From an uncultured virus (IMG/VR IMGVR_UViG_3300022934_002389) (Duplodnaviria > Heunggongvirae > Uroviricota > Caudoviricetes), in the IMG/VR virus record IMGVR_UViG_3300022934_002389, positions 115,462-135,461 of that record: a stretch of DNA of 20,000 bases. One strand, 5' to 3'. The notes below the pieces were generated by a model. The model was not told the DNA's origin. It saw nothing but the letters and a program-made list of their open reading frames with translations, and did not search any database. Positions 1 to 7,537 of this stretch are shown piece by piece. A program made the position numbers and the translations under genes. Positions within the stretch are counted from its first letter, which is position 1, and each line of letters opens with the position of its first letter.

Positions 1-699
1 ACCTTTTCCAGATATACTTAATATAGTACCTGGGTTTGTTCCTGCAGGGATATTCAATCTAACCATGCCTCCTTCTAGAGTTGGAATGTTTTTAGTTGTA
101 CCTGCTATAAATTCCAATAAATTGACCTTTTCTTCAATATGTAAGTGTGCATTATCCCTTCTAAACCTAGGATGTTTAACAATGGCTATTTGCATAATCA
201 AGTCACCTCTAGGTAAACTATGTGCAGAGTGATCTCCTAATCCTCTGTATCTCATTAATTGACCATCCATTACACCAGGAGCAATTCTAATACTTGCACT
301 TGTTTCTACACCATTCAACATATTATAAGTTGCAAGAAAATCTTTACCTCGTAAAACATCTTCTAGTGTGAGACTTACCCGCAACCTAATATCTTTGTTT
401 CTGACTGCACGATGTTGTTGTGCAAAACCTTGTCCAAACATACTGCCAAAAATATCATTAAAATTACCGAAGTTATCAGTAAACGCATTACCTTGAAAAT
501 TATTATTAGTTGCAGGATTGTCATACAACGATCTTTTTTCAGGATCTTTTAACGTATCATATGCTTCGTTAATTTGAGCGAACTTTTTGCCATCACCACC
601 CTTGTCAGGATGGTGTTGCATTGCAAGTTTTCTATATGCTTTCTTTAATTCGTCTGACGTGGCGTCTTTGTTTACACCCAGTACGCTGTAATAGTCCAT
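1..699 (-). CDS. dnaJ: DnaJ/CbpA-like J-domain co-chaperone (3' end runs off the window; not in ORF track)
   Basis: Manual translation from ATG at 699: [60 protein letters not shown]. This is a canonical J-domain with the HPD motif, followed by a G/F-rich linker and a DnaJ_C-like region (GDLIMQI). No CxxCxGxG zinc-finger repeats seen, so class II. Confidence 0.93.
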   Translation of the reverse strand, partial: MDYYSVLGVNKDATSDELKKAYRKLAMQHHPDKGGDGKKFAQINEAYDTLKDPEKRSLYDNPATNNNFQGNAFTDNFGNFNDIFGSMFGQGFAQQHRAVRNKDIRLRVSLTLEDVLRGKDFLATYNMLNGVETSASIRIAPGVMDGQLMRYRGLGDHSAHSLPRGDLIMQIAIVKHPRFRRDNAHLHIEEKVNLLEFIAGTTKNIPTLEGGMVRLNIPAGTNPGTILSISGKG

Positions 700-708
700 A
701 CTATTACT

Positions 709-714
709 TATTTA
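709..714 (-). promoter_or_regulatory. T4-late-like promoter core TAAATA upstream of dnaJ
   Basis: TAAATA 9 nt upstream of the ATG in a short intergenic gap; the same motif recurs before other genes. Confidence 0.55.
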
Positions 715-722
715 CTACTTTG

Positions 723-1118
723 TTATTTTTTGCTAGTTCCGGTGTATAGTCCAAACCATGCTGCGCCAGCACCTACAATTACGGAAATTAGTGCAGACTG
801 ATTCATGCTAGGATCAGGTAGTTCCATATACCATAAAACTGTTTTGTAAAGCAAAAAGATATAAACTGTTAGGAATGCTCTTGGAAAAATCCTCCATGCA
901 TCTACTGCTTTTGCTAAATGTATAAGTTTAGCATAAGGATTTGGTCCTAGATCTTTTACAGTTGTATCAACTTCCAAATCAAGTTTTACTTTCTTTGTTG
1001 CTCCTTCAGAACTTGCTGGAACTGCTACTGTAGAATCATATGTAGGCATTTCAGTCATTTGTTCTGCTTTTGCTTTAGGTGCTGCTGGTTTTAAATCTTC
1101 TGGTTTTTTACGCGGCAT
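723..1118 (-). CDS. Hypothetical membrane protein with 2 C-terminal TM helices (holin-like candidate)
   Basis: Charged low-complexity N-terminus, then two hydrophobic segments (IFPRAFLTVYIFLLYKTVLWY; ALISVIVGAGAAWFGLY). GGAGGG RBS upstream. Confidence 0.6.
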   Translation of the reverse strand: MPRKKPEDLKPAAPKAKAEQMTEMPTYDSTVAVPASSEGATKKVKLDLEVDTTVKDLGPNPYAKLIHLAKAVDAWRIFPRAFLTVYIFLLYKTVLWYMELPDPSMNQSALISVIVGAGAAWFGLYTGTSKK

Positions 1119-1851
1119 TCTTAAGCCCTCCTTTTAAGTAATCAAACATTTGTTCCGCTATACGTTTATGTCCTTGAGGACTAGGGTGCGGATCTTGTTT
1201 TCCTATTATATCATAACTCATCGTTGGCATGATGTCTATGTCTTTATATAATTCTCGGTATTCTGGTGGATATTGTTTTGGTACAGATCCGAACTGCATC
1301 CACCAATAAGTTTTAACATTAAAACTTTTAAATATCCTATCTAATGATAAAACATGGCTGATACTTTCGTACATTCCTTGCACTTCGGTAAATGATCTTG
1401 TTCTGGCTTCGTGTATTGTTTTATTTGATGGAGGTAACGACTTATGAAAATCGTTACCCCATACGTTTACCCTAACCCATTTTTTATCATCGTGTGTATA
1501 AGTATAATCTTTTCTTTTCCAAAAACGTCCATCTTCAAACGGTACTTTAGTTTCTACATATTCATCCTTGCCTGTGTAATATTCCATCCTGAATGCTTCT
1601 GTAGTCTGTAAAACTGCAATTGTATTATCTAAGATTACTTGAGGTGTATTGACTAACCAGTCTATACTTGTCCTTACCATCCTTTGATTACTACCACAAC
1701 CTTTAGCATGTTGAATCGGAGTTCTGTCTAACAATTGTGCTAGATAGTAAGGCCAAACTAGTTTTTCTCTATCGGCTTCTTTGTATCCGTGGTCTTCGTT
1801 AATACCGCCTCCCCATGTAAAACTACATCCGTTAGTGTAAAGATATTTCAA
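1108..1851 (-). CDS. SGNH/GDSL-like hydrolase fold protein (paralogue 1)
   Basis: N-terminal GCSFT (block I-like), GCGSN (block II-like), C-terminal DPHPSPQGH (DxH block V-like). TTG start overlaps the lipase stop. Confidence 0.65.
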   Translation of the reverse strand: MKYLYTNGCSFTWGGGINEDHGYKEADREKLVWPYYLAQLLDRTPIQHAKGCGSNQRMVRTSIDWLVNTPQVILDNTIAVLQTTEAFRMEYYTGKDEYVETKVPFEDGRFWKRKDYTYTHDDKKWVRVNVWGNDFHKSLPPSNKTIHEARTRSFTEVQGMYESISHVLSLDRIFKSFNVKTYWWMQFGSVPKQYPPEYRELYKDIDIMPTMSYDIIGKQDPHPSPQGHKRIAEQMFDYLKGGLKNAA

Positions 1852-2597
1852 TCCATGTTTCCTATGTGTTTAATATATTCAGTCATTGAATGATCGCCAA
1901 AGTTGTCAATTTTGCCCTGTTTGAGTCCCATCCACATACCGCGCCAACGATCTTTAGTACGTTGCCAAGGTGTTAATGGACGAAACTTGCCATATGCGTT
2001 TATGTAATGTTCTGTACCGTGATGTTTGTAAGCCATAACTGCTAATGGAACTCTTGTTACAATATCGTTATTATTAACAAATCTATGATGCTCTACACAT
2101 AAACTTTTACAATAACCTTTCCAACCCACACGTGGAGAACCGAATGTGTAAAGTTCTTCTACTGGATTAATGCCTTCGTACAAATGGCATCTGCTTGCCA
2201 TAATAGTTGCCATTGCTGCACCTAAACTATGTCCACAGAACCATAATTTTTTCTTTTCATTTGCTTTGCGATCAATATCTTCTAGTACCATTGGCCAAAG
2301 TTCGTCAACTTCTGCTTTAAAGCCTCTGTGTACTCTTGATACTGTTTCTGCCATTACAGGCATTGCTTTTAAATCTGCCTTAATATCATTAAATTCGCTC
2401 GGCTGTGTTCCCCGGCAAGCAATAACTAAATCTTCTTTATTCATGAAGCGCCAAGCTTGTGCGCCATCTTTATTATAAAACTCTGTTGTTGTAAAGCCTA
2501 GTTTTTTGGCTTCTTTCGTTGCATCATCTAAATATGCTATACTTGCTAAACGTGCAAAAAGGAGACTGCGCTCCTTAAAATTCATTTCACTTATCAT
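1848..2597 (-). CDS. Class 3 lipase (alpha/beta hydrolase)
   Basis: IACRGT, VHRGF, nucleophile elbow GHSLGAA, YTFGSPRVG, NNNDIVTRVP and C-terminal DHSM: a complete Ser-Asp-His set of the Lipase_3 family. Confidence 0.93.
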   Translation of the reverse strand: MISEMNFKERSLLFARLASIAYLDDATKEAKKLGFTTTEFYNKDGAQAWRFMNKEDLVIACRGTQPSEFNDIKADLKAMPVMAETVSRVHRGFKAEVDELWPMVLEDIDRKANEKKKLWFCGHSLGAAMATIMASRCHLYEGINPVEELYTFGSPRVGWKGYCKSLCVEHHRFVNNNDIVTRVPLAVMAYKHHGTEHYINAYGKFRPLTPWQRTKDRWRGMWMGLKQGKIDNFGDHSMTEYIKHIGNMD

Positions 2598-2874
2598 TTT
2601 TGCCCTCCAAATCTGCTAAACGTTTTTCAATGCTATCAATTTTTGCAGTTATTTTTGGATATTTTTTACGCCAAGCATCTTCCGGTTGTTCTAACCAAGT
2701 AAGGCCCCACCGTTCTACCAGATAATCTATTGCTCTATCTACTTGAGCATATCCCCATAACCCTATACGAGTTGTGCTTATGTATGCAACAAAAATTGCA
2801 CCAAAAACTGACCCTGCTAGTGCTGTGTATATCCACAGCCTATCACTGGCCATCCTTTCTATCATTTCCCACAT
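2587..2874 (-). CDS. Small membrane protein, holin candidate
   Basis: One strong TM segment (LWIYTALAGSVFGAIFVAYI) and a basic/coiled-coil C-terminus. ATG at 2874 follows a GAGGG RBS; located in the lysis cluster. Confidence 0.5.
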   Translation of the reverse strand: MWEMIERMASDRLWIYTALAGSVFGAIFVAYISTTRIGLWGYAQVDRAIDYLVERWGLTWLEQPEDAWRKKYPKITAKIDSIEKRLADLEGKNDK

Positions 2875-3418
2875 CGTTAACACCCTCTATTAACTGTGTG
2901 TATTTATACCTACGTATACCTAAAGCATGTTTAGGATTGTATAAATCATATCTAACTTCGTTTTTTTGATTTCCGCCTAGTATTACCCAATACGTTTGTC
3001 CGTTTACTGTCTGTGTTTCAGTGTAAAAACCTACATGTCCTTGCCAACCTCTATCGCCTCTAGGAAATATTACAACGTCACCACGTTGAATATTTTCAGG
3101 TTCTACTGGATCGCCCCAAGTTAAAAAACTTCGTGCCATTAGAGGAACATCACTTACGCTTTCGCTGCCAGGTATACCGTCTAGTTCAAGTACAGCATTT
3201 ACAAATGCCGCACACCATTCTGTACGAACAGGATCAACACCTACAAATTCTTTGATTTGTTTCCTATCTTGACGTTCTTCTAAACCTATGAAAGGCTGTG
3301 CTGATACTACTGGATCCGGTTGAGATGCATTACATCCTGCTAAGACGCTCGTAAAACTAATCGTCCACAATAACTGCTTTATCAAGTGCCTGTTCTGCCT
3401 CTTTATAATAACCTTCAT
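2843..3418 (-). CDS. NlpC/P60/CHAP-superfamily peptidase (TIGR02594-like), predicted lipoprotein
   Basis: Catalytic WCAAFV and GHVGF motifs, GDVVIF, ILGGNQ; N-terminal signal ending in lipobox LAGC. Exact start uncertain. Confidence 0.85.
   Translation of the reverse strand: MKVIIKRQNRHLIKQLLWTISFTSVLAGCNASQPDPVVSAQPFIGLEERQDRKQIKEFVGVDPVRTEWCAAFVNAVLELDGIPGSESVSDVPLMARSFLTWGDPVEPENIQRGDVVIFPRGDRGWQGHVGFYTETQTVNGQTYWVILGGNQKNEVRYDLYNPKHALGIRRYKYTQLIEGVNDVGNDRKDGQ
2901..2908 (-). promoter_or_regulatory. Perfect T4 late promoter consensus TATAAATA
   Basis: Plus strand tatttata at 2901-2908, 26 nt upstream of the 2874 ATG and inside the 3' end of the NlpC/P60 gene. Confidence 0.6.
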
Positions 3419-3749
3419 AGGCTGCTATAATTGCTTGTTGTTGTTGAACCAACGCCCGTATATCTGAGAAGTTCAATCCTAGGTTACCGTAGCCTTCGCC
3501 CGTAAGTGCATACAGAGCAAATGCTTTGCCTTCGCTGTTTAGTTTGGCAATTACTGCGTCTACATTATTTTCATTGAGGACAATCCATTCAACATTCCGC
3601 ATATTGAGTTCGTCAACAGGAGGAAGTTCCAGTGTTGGTTTTTCAACTGGTGATGTGGTTATTTCAATCTGCTGTGGTTTCGTTGAGCAGGCCGCGAGAC
3701 TTATAAGTATCGTAAAGCCAAGGACACTCTTTGTTAAAAGCGATGCCAT
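3357..3749 (-). CDS. Outer-membrane spanin (Rz1-like o-spanin) lipoprotein
   Basis: Signal peptide with lipobox LAAC. ATG at 3749 preceded by AAAGGA. Overlaps the 3' end of the upstream TM/coiled-coil gene, downstream of an endolysin. Confidence 0.7.
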   Translation of the reverse strand: MASLLTKSVLGFTILISLAACSTKPQQIEITTSPVEKPTLELPPVDELNMRNVEWIVLNENNVDAVIAKLNSEGKAFALYALTGEGYGNLGLNFSDIRALVQQQQAIIAAYEGYYKEAEQALDKAVIVDD

Positions 3750-4152
3750 TTTCAGCGTTCCTTTCTTTGTCATTCAATTCTGCCCCCGAAAGCAATTCAA
3801 AACATCTGCCAGCATTTACAGTTCCTCTATTTACAGCACGTTCAATACTTTCAGCATTTGCTATTGCTGCTGCTGTTAAATCAATTTCCTGTAATTTGTC
3901 TGCTAGTCTTTGGTTTTGTCTACGTATAGCAGTGTATGCTTCGTTTAAACTAGCAAGTTCACTAGATGCTTTTTCATAGTCTTGTTCTAGTGAACTTATA
4001 GTTTGTTCATTTAATTCAACTGCGGTGTTAAGTTTAGCATTGTTTTCTTGTAGGATAGCCATACGTTCTTGTGTATCGTTATAATACCAATAACCTATAC
4101 CGCCTGCTCCTAAGAGCAACATGAACATAACAATAGCTAATTTAGCACCCAT
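3664..4152 (-). CDS. Inner-membrane spanin (Rz-like i-spanin)
   Basis: N-terminal TM anchor, long heptad coiled coil and two C-terminal Cys; immediately follows the endolysin. Confidence 0.72.
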   Translation of the reverse strand: MGAKLAIVMFMLLLGAGGIGYWYYNDTQERMAILQENNAKLNTAVELNEQTISSLEQDYEKASSELASLNEAYTAIRRQNQRLADKLQEIDLTAAAIANAESIERAVNRGTVNAGRCFELLSGAELNDKERNAENGIAFNKECPWLYDTYKSRGLLNETTAD

Positions 4153-4157
4153 ACCAC

Positions 4158-5015
4158 CTACCCTAGTAATTTTCCCAATGTTTTGGGTCCTACTATGCCA
4201 TCAGCAACAAGTCCATTTGCACTTTGCCATTTTTTTATAATGCGCTCTGTACCAGGACCAAAAATACCGTCTGCTGGAGAAATATCAAGTTTTTCTTGTA
4301 CTTCTGCAACTAGTGGTCCTCTGCTGCCTTTACGTATAGTTTGATTTAGATTTAATTCTTTTTCTTCAGGCTCTTCAAAATCACCACCTAACACATCCAT
4401 TGCATGTAGATAATGTTTTTTACGATCGTCTAAACCAATTGTACCACCGTTGATACGTTTTGTAGCGCCTACTACATCCATATCGTCACAATATTTGTTA
4501 ATGTTGTTTGTATCCCAAAACCAGCAAGCACTATCTAATGCACCTTTTTTAGTGCGTACATAGTCGACTGCTTCTTCTGGTGACATGTCTACTTCTTTAC
4601 CAAATTTTGTGTAGTTGTAACGTCCAGTAAGCTGAAGTATGCCGCCTCCGCGAAAACGCCAGCCATCACCGCTTTCTGGACTTCCGTTATCCATACGATT
4701 TGCATAAATGACGTTAGCAATCTTTTCAGGCTGTCTATGATAATCATTTGCATCTCTTCCTGCTCTTTTAAAATACTTTGGGAAAATTGTGTTTAATGCT
4801 TTTGCACTATAATTTAAGTTTTCGCTTAACACTCTAAAGCCGCCACTTTCGTGTCCACATTGAGCAACAAACATTGCTACACGTTCAATAGTGTCTACTT
4901 CCCATAAAGGAAGAATTTCACACATTGCTTCGTACCATTCTTCCCAGTCATCTCGGTGGATCAGTTCTTCTGCCATCCACGGTTCAAAATCAAATTTAAA
5001 ATTTTCAGCGCCCAT
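4158..5015 (-). CDS. Modular endolysin: GH19 catalytic domain plus C-terminal peptidoglycan-binding domain
   Basis: AMFVAQCGHESGGF, ENLNYS, GDGWRFRGGGILQLTGRYNY, TKRINGGTIGLDDR; C-terminal ADGIFGPGTE...GLVADGIVGPKT (PG_binding_1). Confidence 0.95.
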   Translation of the reverse strand: MGAENFKFDFEPWMAEELIHRDDWEEWYEAMCEILPLWEVDTIERVAMFVAQCGHESGGFRVLSENLNYSAKALNTIFPKYFKRAGRDANDYHRQPEKIANVIYANRMDNGSPESGDGWRFRGGGILQLTGRYNYTKFGKEVDMSPEEAVDYVRTKKGALDSACWFWDTNNINKYCDDMDVVGATKRINGGTIGLDDRKKHYLHAMDVLGGDFEEPEEKELNLNQTIRKGSRGPLVAEVQEKLDISPADGIFGPGTERIIKKWQSANGLVADGIVGPKTLGKLLG

Positions 5016-5161
5016 TACTTTTCCTTATTTGGCTGGCAATCATTGCAGCGACAACAATCACAGACTTTTATAGCGTAAATTCTATTATCGTAATCTTTTT
5101 CATCACGATAGAGGGGAGTGTTACAATGTGCAGTATGTCCACAATTTTGACAATAGGTCAT
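5015..5161 (-). CDS. 48-aa Cys/His-rich putative metal-binding miniprotein (not in ORF track)
   Basis: MTYCQNCGHTAHCNTPLYRDEKDYDNRIYAIKVCDCCRCNDCQPNKEK; fills the gap exactly, with TAATG stop/start overlaps at both ends. Confidence 0.8.
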   Translation of the reverse strand: MTYCQNCGHTAHCNTPLYRDEKDYDNRIYAIKVCDCCRCNDCQPNKEK

Positions 5162-5877
5162 TATAATCTTTCTACTACTAGTGTATGTCCCTCGTTTTCA
5201 AAAGTTAAAGTTTTAGATCCATATTTCATAATATTATAATCACCGATATATTTTGTTAAAAACAAAATTTCTGCATAATCATTCATATTTACTTTTTCGT
5301 TAATACTTTCTTGTATTTGCTGACTTGGACCAAAGTCTTTGATAGCAAAACCTATTGGATCTGCATATGCTTTTTTGAGAATTAGATCTTCGTATTCATC
5401 TAAGTCACATTCTTCTAAATAACTTTTGTTAAAAAAGTTTTTAAAATTATTCATATTTGCTTCATTAACAGTTGCTTCGTATGCTTCATTATCTGCTGGA
5501 ATAGTTGCTGCCAAACTTTCTAGTGTTGCAGGCTCGCTTTGAAATCCTTTGTAGTATCTATATCTAAAATTTGTTCCTGTAAGTTTGCCTACACCATCTA
5601 GCATCTCAACAATCTGTTCAGGTACATCTGAGTTTCTTTCCATCTCTACATATACTCTGTACATTCCGTCGCTTTGCTCGCCTGCTGTAACATCTGCATC
5701 TAATACAAAGCCGTAACCTTTTTCAATAAAATTAACTAAGTCTTCACCGATTGCTTTTTCATTTACTGAAAAACTTACTACAACGATCTCCGAATCACTG
5801 CCCATTTTACTTTTGTAAGCATCTACTTCAAATACTGGATAAATCATATCTTTTAAATCATTTGCTTCTAATGTCAT
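5161..5877 (-). CDS. Hypothetical phage protein (acidic)
   Basis: 238-aa ORF, ATGA overlap with the upstream gene; no recognised motif. Confidence 0.75.
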   Translation of the reverse strand: MTLEANDLKDMIYPVFEVDAYKSKMGSDSEIVVVSFSVNEKAIGEDLVNFIEKGYGFVLDADVTAGEQSDGMYRVYVEMERNSDVPEQIVEMLDGVGKLTGTNFRYRYYKGFQSEPATLESLAATIPADNEAYEATVNEANMNNFKNFFNKSYLEECDLDEYEDLILKKAYADPIGFAIKDFGPSQQIQESINEKVNMNDYAEILFLTKYIGDYNIMKYGSKTLTFENEGHTLVVERL

Positions 5878-6407
5878 ACTTCTGTATCCAATGTCTCATC
5901 TGGCGCAGGTGCTGCGGCTTGTTGTACTTGTGCTTGTTGTTGCTGTAATTGTTCATCTGGTTGTGCTTCTGGTTCTAAATTTTCAGCACTTGCAGCATAA
6001 AAATCCATTAACATTTTTTTAGGTACTGCAATCTCTACAACCCAAATAGGGTTTCTATCTAATTTACCAAATTTTGTGCCAGGACGTAAATCTTCTTTCT
6101 TTGTAACTTTGCGTGGTTTTAGCAAAGACATTTTTTGATAGTTAACTTTGCAATCATAATCAAGAAGTCTCTTTGCACCCATTGGATCTGGCATTGTTTC
6201 TCTTGGCCACATAAACTTTGCAGTCACCCAATGCCTGTCAATATTAGGTCCTTCAGCAAGTTCACCGTCGCTCCAATTTTTGTAAACATATAGATCTAGT
6301 TCGTCTATAATACGCTCAAAGTCTTTTAGCACATTGAATGCTGTGTTACTTTCGTACATGTTTTCAATGTTCTTAATTACATCAATTTCATCTAGGATAT
6401 TGGCCAT
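5874..6407 (-). CDS. Hypothetical phage protein with Q/A/P-rich tail
   Basis: 177-aa ORF with AAGGA RBS and upstream promoter motifs. Confidence 0.75.
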   Translation of the reverse strand: MANILDEIDVIKNIENMYESNTAFNVLKDFERIIDELDLYVYKNWSDGELAEGPNIDRHWVTAKFMWPRETMPDPMGAKRLLDYDCKVNYQKMSLLKPRKVTKKEDLRPGTKFGKLDRNPIWVVEIAVPKKMLMDFYAASAENLEPEAQPDEQLQQQQAQVQQAAAPAPDETLDTEV

Positions 6408-6428
6408 TAAAAAAATCCTTTTTTGTTA

Positions 6429-6467
6429 ATAGTATTTAGTCGATTTCGATTGTCAAAAGGTTAAATA
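6429..6467. promoter_or_regulatory. Divergent promoter region: TAAATA on both strands plus a minus-strand sigma70-like promoter
   Basis: Minus TAAATA at 6433-6438 and plus TAAATA at 6462-6467; minus TTGACA(6451-6456)-N16-TACTAT(6429-6434). Confidence 0.55.
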
Positions 6468-6527
6468 CTGTTGCAGGGAATGCTTCCTGCGTTGGAACAT
6501 TCCCATTATCCATACAAGGAGGACTAC

Positions 6528-7250
6528 ATGGGTGCTAAAAGGGCCAAACGGCACAACATTTCAAACGGCAATAATATTGTAAAACTTAATTCATTCCTTC
6601 CAAAAAAACAAAAAACAGTAAATATTCTACCTAGAAATTACAATCAAGAAAATTACGTTATCAAACTACTTGACTCTGATAAGAGTATTGTATTTGGTAT
6701 TGGACCTGCAGGTACAGGTAAAACTCTACTTGCTTGTCAAGTAGCAGTTAAGAAATTTCTTGAAGGAGAAGTAGAAAAAATTATTGTTACTCGTCCAGCA
6801 GTAAGTGCAGATGAAGATATTGGATTCTTACCAGGTACACTAGAACAAAAAATGGCACCTTGGACAAGACCTATTTTTGATGTATTTAGAGACTATTTTT
6901 ATGCTAACGAGATCGAAGGCATGATTGCAGAAGGTGTGATTGAAATTTCTCCATTAGCATATATGCGTGGTAGAACTTTCAAGGACAGTTTCATCATTGC
7001 TGATGAAATGCAAAACGCAACCCCAAACCAGATGAAAATGCTACTAACAAGAATTGGTACTGGTAGCAAAATGGTGGTAACTGGAGATCTTAATCAAGCA
7101 GATAGGTTAAAAGAAAATGGATTAATTGAATTTACTAAATTACTATCCAAGCATAACAGTCATAGGATAGACATTGTAAATTTTGTCAGCAAGGACATCG
7201 AACGGCATCAAGCGGTAAAAGAAGTTTTACAAGTATACGGCGAAGTCTAA
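6528..7250 (+). CDS. phoH: PhoH-family ATPase
   Basis: GPAGTGKT Walker A, TRPAV, GFLPG, AYMRGRTF, ADEMQN, VTGDLNQ. Start moved to ATG 6528, which follows the AAGGAGG RBS. Confidence 0.97.
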   Translation: MGAKRAKRHNISNGNNIVKLNSFLPKKQKTVNILPRNYNQENYVIKLLDSDKSIVFGIGPAGTGKTLLACQVAVKKFLEGEVEKIIVTRPAVSADEDIGFLPGTLEQKMAPWTRPIFDVFRDYFYANEIEGMIAEGVIEISPLAYMRGRTFKDSFIIADEMQNATPNQMKMLLTRIGTGSKMVVTGDLNQADRLKENGLIEFTKLLSKHNSHRIDIVNFVSKDIERHQAVKEVLQVYGEV

Positions 7251-7257
7251 ACATTCA

Positions 7258-7279
7258 GTAAGGGCTATTGAGCCCTTAC
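7258..7279. terminator. Hairpin between convergent genes, likely intrinsic (possibly bidirectional) terminator
   Basis: GTAAGGGCT-attg-AGCCCTTAC perfect 9-bp stem just after the phoH stop, followed by acTTTT. Confidence 0.65.
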
Positions 7280-7537
7280 ACTTTTAAATACAGGTGCTCC
7301 TAAGGGGTGCTGGTACTTATTTTCGTCTTGTTTTAACAAGTACATTAGATACTCATTTTCAGTATAAATGAGTTTCCAACTTTTCTCTTTGATTGGCGGT
7401 CGACCCATTGCGTCATAATAAATTTCACCAACGTGATACTTTTTAAACCATATACGTTTTTTACTCCAACTACTGCGTACAGGCCACCATGCGTAGTATT
7501 CATTCCACTCTATGTCTACTTCAATTGTTGCTGGCAT
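7265..7537 (-). CDS. Hypothetical aromatic/Trp-rich protein
   Basis: 90-aa ORF coupled to the upstream gene by a TAATG overlap. Confidence 0.7.
   Translation of the reverse strand: MPATIEVDIEWNEYYAWWPVRSSWSKKRIWFKKYHVGEIYYDAMGRPPIKEKSWKLIYTENEYLMYLLKQDENKYQHPLGAPVFKSVRAQ

Noticed and set aside
5900..5975. TGT/TGC-rich quasi-repeat
   Set aside because: It simply encodes the Q/A-rich low-complexity tail of the 177-aa protein.
6471..6527. N-terminal extension of PhoH in the ORF track
   Set aside because: A strong AAGGAGG precedes ATG 6528; the upstream segment is better explained as a structured leader.
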